Origin: Caenimonas sp.
Lineage (GTDB): Bacteria > Pseudomonadota > Gammaproteobacteria > Burkholderiales > Burkholderiaceae_C
NCBI GenBank assembly: GCA_040376925.1
Contig: JBEIPU010000003.1
Span: 1,798-65,797, forward strand
Direction of reading: 5' to 3'
DNA length: 64,000 nucleotides
Below, one piece after another: positions 51,290-60,913 of the stretch. Made by a program: the position numbers and the translations under genes. The notes beneath the pieces were generated by a model, which made no database searches, was not told where the DNA came from, and worked only from the letters and a program-made list of their open reading frames with translations. The first letter of the stretch is position 1; each line of letters starts with the position of its first letter.

Positions 51290-51916
51290 ATGGCATCTCC
51301 CAAACCCCGCCCGTACCACCATGGCAACCTGCGCGAATCGCTGATGCTGGCGGCCGACGAACTGCTGGCCCGCCAGGGCCTGGCCGGGCTGACCCTGCGC
51401 GAGGTGGCGCGCGTGGCGGGTGTGTCGCACGCCGCGCCGTACCACCACTTTGCCCACCTGGACGAGCTGCTGGCGGCGGTGGCTGCGCGGTCATTTGAAA
51501 TACTGGGCGCGGCCCTGGCTGAGGCCGCCAGCGCGTCCGACGCCCGCGAGGCCATGCTGCGCATAGGCGACGCCTACGTGGCCCATGCGCGCGCGCAGCC
51601 CGCACACTTTCGGCTGATGTTCGGCCCGCTGCTGTCACGCAAGGATGAATTCCCCGCGCTGGCGCAGGCCGCCCGCGCTTCGTTCATGCAGGTGCTGCAG
51701 GCCGCCGAGCGGTATGCGCCCGGTGAAGGTGCCGTGGTGGCGCTGACCGGCTGGTCGCTGGGGCATGGCTTTGCGCACCTGGCCATTGACGGCGCGCTGG
51801 ACGACCTGCCAGTGCCCGTCACGCCCGGCGAGGCCATGGCGCGGCGCATCCACGAATGGGTGTTGCCCGTGCGGGACACGCCGGCGAAGCCCAGGCGGGC
51901 AAAATCGGGGTCCTGA
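51290..51916 (+). CDS. TetR/AcrR-family transcriptional regulator
   Basis: YHHGNLRESLMLAADELLARQGLAGLTLREVARVAGVSHAAPYHHF HTH. ATG 51281 and 51254 are alternative starts. Confidence 0.85.
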   Translation: MASPKPRPYHHGNLRESLMLAADELLARQGLAGLTLREVARVAGVSHAAPYHHFAHLDELLAAVAARSFEILGAALAEAASASDAREAMLRIGDAYVAHARAQPAHFRLMFGPLLSRKDEFPALAQAARASFMQVLQAAERYAPGEGAVVALTGWSLGHGFAHLAIDGALDDLPVPVTPGEAMARRIHEWVLPVRDTPAKPRRAKSGS

Positions 51917-51936
51917 TCCGTTTTGCCCGCCCGCCC

Positions 51937-52512
51937 ATGCTCAGCCCCGCCGCCGCCCGTTCCCCGTTGCACACCCGTGCCATCACCTTTCGCGGCTACG
52001 CGCGCGACGACGGCCTGTGGGACCTGGAGGGCGAGCTGCACGACAGCAAGCATTACGGCTATGAAAGCAGCAGCGGCCCCGTGCCCGCCGGCACGCCCAT
52101 CCATCACATGCACATCCGCGTGACGGTGGACGACACGCTGTGCATCCAGGCCATTGAATCGTCCATGGACGCCACGCCGTTTGGCGAATGCGGCGTGGCC
52201 GGCGACACCTTGCAGCGCATGGTGGGCCAGACCATGGGCGCCGGCTGGCGCCAGACGATTGACCGCGCGATCGGCGGCGTGCAGGGCTGCACGCATTTGC
52301 GCGAGCTGCTGTTCAACCTGGCGACCGCCGCCTTCCAGACCATCCCGCATGCCAGGGAAGTGCGTCGGCGCGAGGCCGGCCTGCCGCGGTTTGAGGGTGA
52401 CCAGCCGCCGTTCTACATGGGCCGGTGCATGACCTGGGACTTCAACGGCCCGGTGGTGGCGCGCGTGGCGCCGCAGTTCGTGGGCTGGGTCAAGCCGGTG
52501 CGCAAGAGCTGA
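51937..52512 (+). CDS. DUF2889 domain protein
   Basis: ATG 51937. IHHMHIRVTVD and GVQGCTHLRELL motifs. Confidence 0.7.
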   Translation: MLSPAAARSPLHTRAITFRGYARDDGLWDLEGELHDSKHYGYESSSGPVPAGTPIHHMHIRVTVDDTLCIQAIESSMDATPFGECGVAGDTLQRMVGQTMGAGWRQTIDRAIGGVQGCTHLRELLFNLATAAFQTIPHAREVRRREAGLPRFEGDQPPFYMGRCMTWDFNGPVVARVAPQFVGWVKPVRKS

Positions 52513-52516
52513 GGCG

Positions 52517-53137
52517 TTACAAGCGCGTCAGGCGAGCCGGGTCCGCCACATCCGCCTCATCATGCGTGACCAGCAGCGCCGGGATGCGCCGCGCACGCAC
52601 CGTGGCAAAAACAAACTCGCGCATGCGCTGGCGCAGTGCGGCGTCCAGCCGCGAAAACGGCTCGTCCAGCAGCAGGGCCTGCGGCTGCGCCAGCAACGCG
52701 CGCATGAGCGATACGCGGGCGCGCTGGCCGCCTGACAGCGTGGCCGGGTCGGCGTGGGAAAAGCCGGGCAATTCCAGGTCAGCCAGGGCTTGTGTGACGG
52801 CCGCTTCGCGCTGCGCGCGCGGGCCCGGCGGCACGGCAAACAGCAGGTTCTCGCGCACCGTCATGTGGGCAAACAGCAGGTCGTCCTGGAACAGGATGCC
52901 CACGCGCCGGTCTTCGGTGGGCAGCGTGTCGATGCGCTGTGCGTTGAGCGTGACGCTGCCGTCAAAGCTGAACACCGGCGCCAGCGTGCCGCACACCGCC
53001 GCCAGCAGGCTCGATTTGCCCGAGCCGCTGTCGCCCATGACCGTGTGCACCACACCGGGCGGCACCTCCAGGTGCAGGTCTTGCACCAGCGTGGCCTCAC
53101 CCAGCGCCAGACGTGTGACGTTCAAATGCAGACTCAT
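52517..53137 (-). CDS. ABC transporter ATP-binding protein (YnjD-like)
   Basis: ATG 53137 overlaps the permease stop (ATGA). Walker A GDSGSGKSS, LSGGQRARV, LLLDEP. Confidence 0.85.
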   Translation of the reverse strand: MSLHLNVTRLALGEATLVQDLHLEVPPGVVHTVMGDSGSGKSSLLAAVCGTLAPVFSFDGSVTLNAQRIDTLPTEDRRVGILFQDDLLFAHMTVRENLLFAVPPGPRAQREAAVTQALADLELPGFSHADPATLSGGQRARVSLMRALLAQPQALLLDEPFSRLDAALRQRMREFVFATVRARRIPALLVTHDEADVADPARLTRL

Positions 53138-54792
53138 GAAGGGACTTTGGCAAACCGCCGCGGCCGCCCGGCCCAGGCGGCCAGTGCAAACACCAGCGCG
53201 GGCAGCAGCCACTGCAGCCAGGCATAGGCCGCGGTCAGCGGCCGCTGCGCGCCACTGGCTAACGTGACGGCCTCGGTCGTGACGGTATTGAAGCGCCCCG
53301 CGCCCACAAACAGCGTGGGCAGGTACTGGGCCACGCTGACCGCAAAACCCACGGCCAGTGCCGCCAGCAGTGACGCGCGCAGCAGCGGCCATTTGATGCG
53401 CGCAAGGAAGGTGAAGCGGCTTTTTCGCAGCGACGCGGCGATCTGCGCGTAGCGCGCGTCAAAGCCCAGGTAGGCCGGGCTCAGCGCGATCAGCACATAG
53501 GGCACGGCCGCCAGGGTGTGGGCCAGCCACAGGCCGGCAAAGTGCGCGTCGATATGCCACGCCAGCGTCAGCCGGTGCAGGCCGACCACCCACAACACCG
53601 ACGGCAGCAACAGCGGCAGGTACACCAGCCGGCGCAGCCGTGCGTCCCAGGCGGGCGGCGCGCTTTCCAGCCAGGCCACGGACCAGACCAGGGCGGTGAC
53701 GGCGCTGAGACCCGCCAAAGCCAGCGTGGTCCACAGCGTGTTGGCGCTGGACGCGACCGATTGCCAGGCCTGCAGGCCCCATTGCTGGGGCCATAGCTGC
53801 GGGAACGGCCAGGCGCCGGCCAGGCTGCCTACGGCCAGCGCCAGCATCACAGCGCCGTAGAGTATGGCCAGTGACAGAAGCGGCAGGCCCGATACCGCCT
53901 TGAGCACACCGGCGCGTCCCCGCCCGCCCGCTGTCCATCGCGACCGCCAGTGCGCTGCATGGCGCACGGTCCACAGTCCACCCGCCAGCACCGCCACCAA
54001 GCCGGCCAACAACCAGGCGGCTGCAGCACCCTGCGCATTCACGGCGGCGTCGGCGTCCAGCAGCCACTGCCAGGCGAGCACGGCCAGCGTAGGCGGGTTT
54101 TGCGGGCCGATGACCAGGGCCATGTCCACCACTGTCAGGCTGTAGGCCAGCACCGCCACCAGCGGGCCGGCCAGGCGCGGCCACAGCTGGGGCCACAGCA
54201 CGCGCCACCAGGCGCGCTGCGGTGTGTAGCCCATGCTGCGCGCCGCGTCCAGCTCGCGCGCCCAGCGCACGCCGGTGTCGGCGCGCTGCAGCTGTGTGGC
54301 GGCGGCCCACAGCAAAAAGGGGACTTCCTTGGCTACCAGCACGGCGATCAGGCCCAGGCCCCAGGGGTCTTGCGTGGTGGGCCAGGGCGGCGGCGCATCA
54401 AAGCCCGTGGCCCAGGGCGACACGGCGCGCAGCAGCCAGCCGCTGGGGGCGATCAGAAAGGCCAGGCCAATCGCAAACGCTGCATGCGGCACGGCCAGCA
54501 TGGGGGGTAGCGCCTGCACCACGCGTTGCCACAGCGCACCCGCAAAGCTGCGCGACAGCACCCAGGCCGTCAATGCGACAGACAACACCGTGGCAGCCAG
54601 CCCGGTCCACAGCGTCATGGCCAGCGCACGCGGCCATTGGGGTTGCTGCCACAGCTCGCGCCAGGCCGCAGCGTTGAGCGCGGCGGCCACGGCCGACAAG
54701 GCGGCCCAGGCCACGGGCACGGCCACCACCAGCGCCAACAGCACGGGCAGCCACAGCGCTTGCAGGTTTACTGGCCGTATCGCCGCAGCCAT
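53134..54792 (-). CDS. ABC transporter permease, duplicated 12-TM type (YnjC/ThiP-like)
   Basis: 552-aa polytopic protein with two permease repeats. Confidence 0.8.
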   Translation of the reverse strand: MAAAIRPVNLQALWLPVLLALVVAVPVAWAALSAVAAALNAAAWRELWQQPQWPRALAMTLWTGLAATVLSVALTAWVLSRSFAGALWQRVVQALPPMLAVPHAAFAIGLAFLIAPSGWLLRAVSPWATGFDAPPPWPTTQDPWGLGLIAVLVAKEVPFLLWAAATQLQRADTGVRWARELDAARSMGYTPQRAWWRVLWPQLWPRLAGPLVAVLAYSLTVVDMALVIGPQNPPTLAVLAWQWLLDADAAVNAQGAAAAWLLAGLVAVLAGGLWTVRHAAHWRSRWTAGGRGRAGVLKAVSGLPLLSLAILYGAVMLALAVGSLAGAWPFPQLWPQQWGLQAWQSVASSANTLWTTLALAGLSAVTALVWSVAWLESAPPAWDARLRRLVYLPLLLPSVLWVVGLHRLTLAWHIDAHFAGLWLAHTLAAVPYVLIALSPAYLGFDARYAQIAASLRKSRFTFLARIKWPLLRASLLAALAVGFAVSVAQYLPTLFVGAGRFNTVTTEAVTLASGAQRPLTAAYAWLQWLLPALVFALAAWAGRPRRFAKVPS

Positions 54793-55973
54793 TCACGCTC
54801 CAGCGGGTCCACCCAGCTGCCGTGAGGCTCCAGGATCACCGGCACGGTTTGCTCTACCTGGCCGGGGGCGGGCTTGGTGCCAAAGCGCGCGCGCTCGGCG
54901 GCGGGCAGCTTGTCCAGTGCCAGCACGGTCGGGTCGCCCCAGACGGCAATGTCGGCCTTGCGGGCCTGTGCCTGCGGGGACATCATGAAATTGATGAAGA
55001 CCTGCGCGCCCTCTTTGGCGTTGGCATTGAACGGGATCGCCAGAAAGTGGGTGTTGCCAATTGCGCCGCCCGCCATCTGCCAGGCGTACACCGTGTCGGC
55101 CTGGCGTTTGGCGGCGATCTCGTTGGCGGCCTCGTTGGGGTTGAAGCTGAGCGCAATCATCAGCTCCCCGTCCGCCACCATCTGGCGGATGGCCGCGGGG
55201 TTGGCCGGAAACTGCTTGCCCGCGCGCCACAGGTGCGGGTGCAGCGCATCCAGGTACGCCCACAGCGGCGCGGCGGCCGCAGCCAGCGCCTCGGGCGTGA
55301 CCGGTTTGTACAGGGCCGTGCGGTCGGTGTTCAGCTCCACCAGCGCCTGCTTGAGGAAGGTGGTGCCCACAAAGGCCGGCGGGCGCGGGTAGCTCAGCCG
55401 CCCGGGGTTGGCGCGCGCGAAGTCCAGCAGGGCCGCGATGCTGCGCGGCGGCACCGGCACGCGCCTGCGGTCGGCGTATAGCGTGAACTGCGCCATGCCC
55501 CAGGGGGCTTCCAGGCCCTCCACGGGTTCGGAAAAATCCATGCGCGTGGTGGGCTTGCCCACGGTGTCCACGTACTGGAAGTTGGGCAGGCTTTCAGCAA
55601 ACGGGCCAAACAGCAGGCCTTCACGCTTGAGCGTGAGGAAGTTCTCGCCGTTGATCCACACCGCGTCCACGCTGCCGCCGGTGAGCTTGCCCGCAGCCTT
55701 TTCGCTGCGCACGCGCTTCACGGCCTCGGCGGTGTCGGTGAGCTTGACGTGCTCCACCTGCACGCCCCAGCGGGTGTTGACCTCGGCCGCTGCCCACTGC
55801 AGGTAGGCATTGGTGCGGTCGCTGCCGCCCCAGGCGTTGAAGAACACCTTTTGCCCGCGCGCGCGGGCTTCCAGGGCGGCCCAGGCCGGGCTTTGCGCCC
55901 ACACGGGTATGGCTGCGGTGGCGGTGATCAGGGCCAGCGTCTGGCGGCGTGACAGCAGGGGTGTGGGCTTCAT
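54768..55973 (-). CDS. ABC transporter periplasmic binding protein (YnjB-like)
   Basis: Tat-like signal SRRQTLALITATAAIPVWA. FFNAWGGSDRTNAYLQW motif recalled for YnjB-type proteins. Confidence 0.75.
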   Translation of the reverse strand: MKPTPLLSRRQTLALITATAAIPVWAQSPAWAALEARARGQKVFFNAWGGSDRTNAYLQWAAAEVNTRWGVQVEHVKLTDTAEAVKRVRSEKAAGKLTGGSVDAVWINGENFLTLKREGLLFGPFAESLPNFQYVDTVGKPTTRMDFSEPVEGLEAPWGMAQFTLYADRRRVPVPPRSIAALLDFARANPGRLSYPRPPAFVGTTFLKQALVELNTDRTALYKPVTPEALAAAAAPLWAYLDALHPHLWRAGKQFPANPAAIRQMVADGELMIALSFNPNEAANEIAAKRQADTVYAWQMAGGAIGNTHFLAIPFNANAKEGAQVFINFMMSPQAQARKADIAVWGDPTVLALDKLPAAERARFGTKPAPGQVEQTVPVILEPHGSWVDPLEREWLRRYGQ

Positions 55974-56030
55974 GGGGGTCAGGGTGGCTGCTTGCAGTAC
56001 GTGCGTCGTCGCGCGGCGGATGTTCTTACC

Positions 56031-57092
56031 TCAGGCCAGCAGGGCCTGGGCGAATTCGCGCGCGTTGAAGGTCTCCAGGTCCTCCAGCTTCTCGCCGACG
56101 CCGATGAAGTACACGGGAATGGGCCGCTCCTGCGAGATGGCGGCGAGCACGCCGCCCTTGGCCGTGCCGTCCAGCTTGGTGACGATCAGGCCGGTGAGCC
56201 CCAGCGCATCGTCAAACGCCTTGACCTGCGTTACTGCGTTTTGCCCGGTGTTGCCGTCGATGACCAGCAGCACCTCGTGTGGCGCGGTGTCCTGCGCCTT
56301 GGTCACCACGCGCTTGATCTTGCGCAGCTCGTCCATCAGGTGCAGTTGCGTTGGCAGGCGCCCGGCGGTGTCCACCAGCACCACGTCCTTGCCGCGGGCG
56401 CGGCCGGCGGTCACCGCGTCAAAGCTCACAGCCGCGGGGTCACCGCCCTCCTGGCTGATGATTTCGACCGTGTTGCGGTCGGCCCACACGCCCAGCTGCT
56501 CACGCGCTGCGGCGCGGAAGGTGTCGGCCGCGGCCAGCAGCACTGACGCGCCTTCGTTGGCCAGGTGCCTGGTCAGCTTGCCGATGGAGGTGGTCTTGCC
56601 CGCGCCGTTCACGCCGGCCACCATGATCACGGTGGGCTGGTGCAGGCCGATCACCAGCGGCTTTTCCAGCGGTTTGAGCAGCGCGGTCAGCGCTTCAATC
56701 AGCAGGTTGCGCACCTGCACCGGGTGCGTTGCGCCGCTTTCCTTCACGCGGCGCTTCACCCCGTCCAGCAGCTGCTGCGTGGCCTTGACGCCGGTGTCTG
56801 CCATCAGCAGAGCGGATTCCAGTTCCTCATACAGCGCGTCATCAATCCGCGCACCGGTGAACACGCCTGAAATGCTGGAGCCGGTCTTGCGCAGGCCGGC
56901 GCTCAGCTTGTCCAGCCAGCGCGCGCGCTCGGGCGGCGCGCTGTCGGGTGCGACAACAGGGTCGGGCACCGCGATCGGCGCCACCAGCGCACTGCCGATC
57001 AGCGTGGCGCCAGCGGGTGGCTGCGCGGGCGAGGCTGCGGGCAAGGTCGCGGGTTCAGGGGCGGGCGGCTTTTTCCGGAAGAAACTGAACAT
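56031..57092 (-). CDS. ftsY: signal recognition particle receptor FtsY
   Basis: ATG 57092 (MFSFFRKK). GVNGAGKTT, DTAGRL and TKLDGTAKGG SRP-GTPase motifs. Confidence 0.9.
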   Translation of the reverse strand: MFSFFRKKPPAPEPATLPAASPAQPPAGATLIGSALVAPIAVPDPVVAPDSAPPERARWLDKLSAGLRKTGSSISGVFTGARIDDALYEELESALLMADTGVKATQQLLDGVKRRVKESGATHPVQVRNLLIEALTALLKPLEKPLVIGLHQPTVIMVAGVNGAGKTTSIGKLTRHLANEGASVLLAAADTFRAAAREQLGVWADRNTVEIISQEGGDPAAVSFDAVTAGRARGKDVVLVDTAGRLPTQLHLMDELRKIKRVVTKAQDTAPHEVLLVIDGNTGQNAVTQVKAFDDALGLTGLIVTKLDGTAKGGVLAAISQERPIPVYFIGVGEKLEDLETFNAREFAQALLA

Positions 57093-57120
57093 TGGGGACT
57101 TTTTAGAATCACACGATTCT

Positions 57121-58524
57121 ATGAAACACCCCCTGCAGCGCCTGCTGACCCTGATTTGCCTTGCATTGCCGCTGGGCTTTGTCCCCGCCGCCGGTGCCCA
57201 GGCTCCCGTCAAAGCCGAACAATTCACCCTGGCCAACGGCCTGACCCTGATCATCAAGCCCGACCGGCGCGCGCCCACTGCAGTGCACATGCTGTGGGTG
57301 CGCGCGGGCGCCATGGACGAAGTGGACGGCACCAGCGGCGTCGCCCATGTGCTGGAGCACATGCTGTTCAAGGGCACACCTGACGTAGGCGTGGGCGAGT
57401 TTTCGCGCCGGGTGGCGGCCCTGGGCGGGCGTGAAAACGCGTTCACCGCGCGCGACTACACCGGCTACTACCAGCAGATCCCGGCAGGCCGGCTGGAAGA
57501 CGTGATGAAGCTGGAGTCCGACCGCTTTGCGCGCAACCAGTGGGCCGACGAGGAATTCCGCAAGGAACTGGAGGTGGTCAAGGAAGAGCGCCGCCTGCGC
57601 ACCGAGGACAACCCCCGGGCCCTGCTGTATGAGCAGCTCAACGCCACGGCCTTTCTGGCGTCGCCCTACCGCCGGCCCATTGTGGGCTGGATGAGCGACC
57701 TGGACGCCATGACCCCCGACGACGCCCGGGCGTTTTACCGCCAGTGGTACACGCCCGCCAATGCGGCGGTGGTGGTCGCGGGCGACGTGGACGTGGCCCA
57801 GGTGCGCGCGCTGGCGGAAAAATACTACGGCGTCATCCCCGCCCGGGCCGTGCCCGCGCGCAAACCGCGTACCGAGCCCGTGCAGGCCGGTATCCGCCGC
57901 ATCGAGTTCAAGGCCCCGGCCGAACAGGCTTATGTGGCCATGGCGTTCAAGGTGCCGCAGCTGCGCACGTTTGACCCTTCACCCGAGGCCGACGAGGCCC
58001 TGGCGCTGACGGTGCTGGCCGCCGTGCTGGACGGCTACACCGGCGCACGCCTGAACCGCGCGCTGGAGCAGGGCCCTGACCGCGTGGCCGACAGCGCCGG
58101 TGCGTACAACGGCCTGTGGGGCCGCGGCCCGCAGGTGTTTGTGCTGGACGCCGTGCCTGCGCCCGGCAAGACCACCGAGCAGGTGGAAGCGGCCCTGCGC
58201 GAGCAAGTGGCGCGCGTGGCCCAGGGCGGCGTGACCGAGGCAGAGCTTGCGCGCGTGAAGACGCGCTGGGTGGCCGGCGAGGTGTACAAGCTCGATTCCG
58301 TGATGAACCAGGCGCGTGAGCTGGGTAGCCAGTGGGCGCTGGGCCTGCCGCTGGACGCAGGCGAGCGCCTGATCCAGCGCCTGCGCGCAGTGACGGCGCA
58401 GCAGGTGCAGGCGGTGGCGGCCAAATACTTTGGCGACGACCAGCTCACCGTGGCCGTGCTGCGCCCGCAGCCGGTGGACAAGAACCGCAAGCCCCGCGCT
58501 GCACCCACCGGCTCGCGCCACTGA
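57121..58524 (+). CDS. M16-family zinc peptidase (active subunit)
   Basis: ATG 57121 (the track ORF from 55810 is antisense to ftsY). Signal peptide and inverted zinc motif HVLEHMLFKG. Confidence 0.85.
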   Translation: MKHPLQRLLTLICLALPLGFVPAAGAQAPVKAEQFTLANGLTLIIKPDRRAPTAVHMLWVRAGAMDEVDGTSGVAHVLEHMLFKGTPDVGVGEFSRRVAALGGRENAFTARDYTGYYQQIPAGRLEDVMKLESDRFARNQWADEEFRKELEVVKEERRLRTEDNPRALLYEQLNATAFLASPYRRPIVGWMSDLDAMTPDDARAFYRQWYTPANAAVVVAGDVDVAQVRALAEKYYGVIPARAVPARKPRTEPVQAGIRRIEFKAPAEQAYVAMAFKVPQLRTFDPSPEADEALALTVLAAVLDGYTGARLNRALEQGPDRVADSAGAYNGLWGRGPQVFVLDAVPAPGKTTEQVEAALREQVARVAQGGVTEAELARVKTRWVAGEVYKLDSVMNQARELGSQWALGLPLDAGERLIQRLRAVTAQQVQAVAAKYFGDDQLTVAVLRPQPVDKNRKPRAAPTGSRH

Positions 58525-58533
58525 GGAGCCGGC

Positions 58534-59889
58534 ATGAACATGAAGCTGAACCAACCCTTGCGCGCCCTGTGCGCCGTGCTGTTGCTGGGCGGCCTGCAGG
58601 CTGCCCAGGCGGCGCTGCCGATCGAGAAATTCACCCTGCCCAACGGGGCGCAGGTCTGGCTGGCGCAAAGCCCAGGCCTGCCCATGGTGGATGTGCAGAT
58701 CGACTTTGATGCCGGCAGCCGGCGCGACCCGGCCGAACAGGCCGGCCTGGCGTCGGTGACTGCGTCCATGATGTCCAAGGGCCTCGTCGCGCGTGACGGC
58801 CAGCCGGCACTGGACGAAAACTCCCTCAGCGAAGCCTGGGCCGACCTGGGCGCGTCGTTTGGCGGCAGCGCCGGCAGCGACCGCATGAGCTTTGGCCTGC
58901 GCTCGCTGACCTACCCCGACCTGCTGCCGCGCGCCGTGGCGCTGGCCGCGCGCCAGCTGGCCGAGCCGGCGTTTCCCGCGGACATCTGGCAGCGTGACCG
59001 CGAACGCATGGTGGCGTCCATCAAGGAGGCCAACACCCGCCCCGCCACCATTGCCGCCCGGGCCTATGGCCAGGCGGTGTACGGTACCCACCCCTATGGC
59101 CGTGAGGTGACCGAGCAGACGCTGGCGCGCATTGCCGTGGCCGACATGCAGGCCCTGCACGCGCGCATGTTGGTGCCCTGCCGGGCCAAGGTCAGCATCG
59201 TCGGCGCCGTGACCCGCGCACAGGCGCAGACGCTGGTGGGCCAGCTGCTGGCGCGCCTGCCGGCCAGCACGCCTAAGCGCTGCGCGGCCCTGCCGCCGGT
59301 GGGGGAGGTGGCCGCGCTCGCCCAGCCGAGCGAACAGGCGATCCCGTTTGAGTCAGCCCAGGCGCATGTGTTCATCGGCCAGCCCGGCTTTCGCCGCATG
59401 GACCCGGACTATTTCCCGCTGATCGTGGGCAACTACATCCTGGGTGGCGGCGGCTTTGTGTCGCGCCTGTCCAGCGAGGTGCGCGAAAAACGCGGACTGA
59501 GCTACAGCGTGTACAGCTATTTCTCGCCGGGGCTGCATGCGGGCGCGTTCACCGTGGGCCTGCAGACCCGACCCGACCAGGCCGCCCAGGCGGTGCAGGT
59601 GGCGCGGGATGTGTTGCAGGCCTTTGTGGCCGACGGCCCGACCGAGGCCGAGCTGCGCGCGGCCAAGGACAACCTGGTGGGCGGCTTTGCACTGCGCATC
59701 GACACCAACCGCAAGCTGCTGGACAACATCTCCGGCATCGCCTGGAACGACCTGCCGCTCAACTACCTGGACACCTGGACGCAGCAGGTGGACCGCGTCA
59801 CGGTGGCAGACATCAAGGCCGCCTTCGCCCGCAAGCTGCAACCGCAGCGCATGGCGACCGTGGTGGTGGGCGGGCCGGCCCGTCCTTGA
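58534..59889 (+). CDS. M16-family peptidase-like protein (no HxxEH; non-catalytic partner)
   Basis: Signal peptide and M16 fold-like sequence. The equivalent site reads ASVTASMMSKG. Confidence 0.8.
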   Translation: MNMKLNQPLRALCAVLLLGGLQAAQAALPIEKFTLPNGAQVWLAQSPGLPMVDVQIDFDAGSRRDPAEQAGLASVTASMMSKGLVARDGQPALDENSLSEAWADLGASFGGSAGSDRMSFGLRSLTYPDLLPRAVALAARQLAEPAFPADIWQRDRERMVASIKEANTRPATIAARAYGQAVYGTHPYGREVTEQTLARIAVADMQALHARMLVPCRAKVSIVGAVTRAQAQTLVGQLLARLPASTPKRCAALPPVGEVAALAQPSEQAIPFESAQAHVFIGQPGFRRMDPDYFPLIVGNYILGGGGFVSRLSSEVREKRGLSYSVYSYFSPGLHAGAFTVGLQTRPDQAAQAVQVARDVLQAFVADGPTEAELRAAKDNLVGGFALRIDTNRKLLDNISGIAWNDLPLNYLDTWTQQVDRVTVADIKAAFARKLQPQRMATVVVGGPARP

Positions 59890-60063
59890 GGTCAAGGGTT
59901 TACCCTTGCTACCTGTCAAGGTTGACAGGGGTTTGCAACACCGTGTCGAAATGTTGCGCAAATATCCAGCCCGGTGCTGTCACACACGCCGGCTCCCGGC
60001 GGCGCCACAACCGGGAATCATGTCTTCGCAGCGCAGGTTGGGCCCCCCCGGCCTGCGATTTCA

Positions 60064-60114
60064 GGCTACAGCGGACCGTCTGTCACCAGCCGGTCTCTTG
60101 TAGCCGTTTTTTTT
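60064..60114 (+). terminator. rho-independent terminator inside the 408-bp spacer
   Basis: GGCTACA...TGTAGCC outer stem and GACCG/CGGTC inner stem, followed after one G by eight T (60107-60114). Confidence 0.65.
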
Positions 60115-60297
60115 GGAGCGGCCCCAGCCCTGCGCATCCAGCGTGATGAAATCGACAGGCGCGCCATCAGGTTGTTATGTTGTGTAACGAGTGCAGCGTT
60201 TTTCTTGCGCATTACGCAGTGCCCAAGTACATAAAAGGCTGGGTGTGCAAGCACTGGCGCCGCATTCGCGGCGCGACCCCGCAGGCGGAGGCCTCAC

Positions 60298-60873
60298 ATG
60301 TCGATACTCAAGAGTCTTTTTGCAACCAAGGACAGCGCCAAATCCGGTCCTGAAACGGCGCCGGTGAAAATGAACCTGGAAGAGCGCATGGCCTTCCGGC
60401 GCGAAATGCTGTATGAGGCCATCAAGGTGACCATGCAGGCCAGCGGCGTGCTGTCGGCCAGCTACAAGTTCCGCGTGGTGCGCAACGACAAGCGCGGCCA
60501 CCAGTACTCGGTGATGATCGACCTGTCCACTGATTTCCTGGCCAACCCCGAGGGCCAGCCTGCACGGCTGGTGGCCGTGGGCGCGAACATCACGCGCAAC
60601 GCCATGGCCCGCTACGGCATCGTGGTGGCCGGTGTGTACTGGCGCGTGAACGAGGAACTGCAGGGCTTTGACAGGGCGCCCGCCGAGGCGGCGCCGGCCG
60701 AACCGGCCGCGCAGACACCCCGCCAGAAGTACGAGCGCGCCACCGCCGACGAACTGGCCGCCTTTGAGGCGGCCTGGCAAAAGGGCCAGTCGCTGCAGGT
60801 GGGCGACCGCATCTATTCGTCCGACCTCGCGCCGCTGACCGGCGATTCAGGCAGCGACGACAGCCGGCGCTGA
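60298..60873 (+). CDS. hypothetical protein
   Basis: GGAGG SD 7 nt upstream of the ATG. 191 aa with coding-like composition and no recognisable motif. Confidence 0.55.
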   Translation: MSILKSLFATKDSAKSGPETAPVKMNLEERMAFRREMLYEAIKVTMQASGVLSASYKFRVVRNDKRGHQYSVMIDLSTDFLANPEGQPARLVAVGANITRNAMARYGIVVAGVYWRVNEELQGFDRAPAEAAPAEPAAQTPRQKYERATADELAAFEAAWQKGQSLQVGDRIYSSDLAPLTGDSGSDDSRR

Positions 60874-60913
60874 TTTGCCGGCGCGGGGGCCGGGGCAGTT
60901 AAGCTGCGCCCTG

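Noticed and set aside
55810-57120. N-terminal 437 residues of the 904-aa plus-strand ORF that ends as the M16 peptidase.
   Set aside because: This part is antisense to ftsY, which has unmistakable SRP-GTPase motifs. The peptidase has its own ATG at 57121 followed by a signal peptide.
59930-60114. Assigning the candidate small RNA to 6S RNA (similar length, GC-rich stems).
   Set aside because: I cannot draw the 6S closing stem and central bubble. The element ends in an intrinsic terminator, and no conserved 6S sequence features are recognisable by eye. It needs a covariance-model search.
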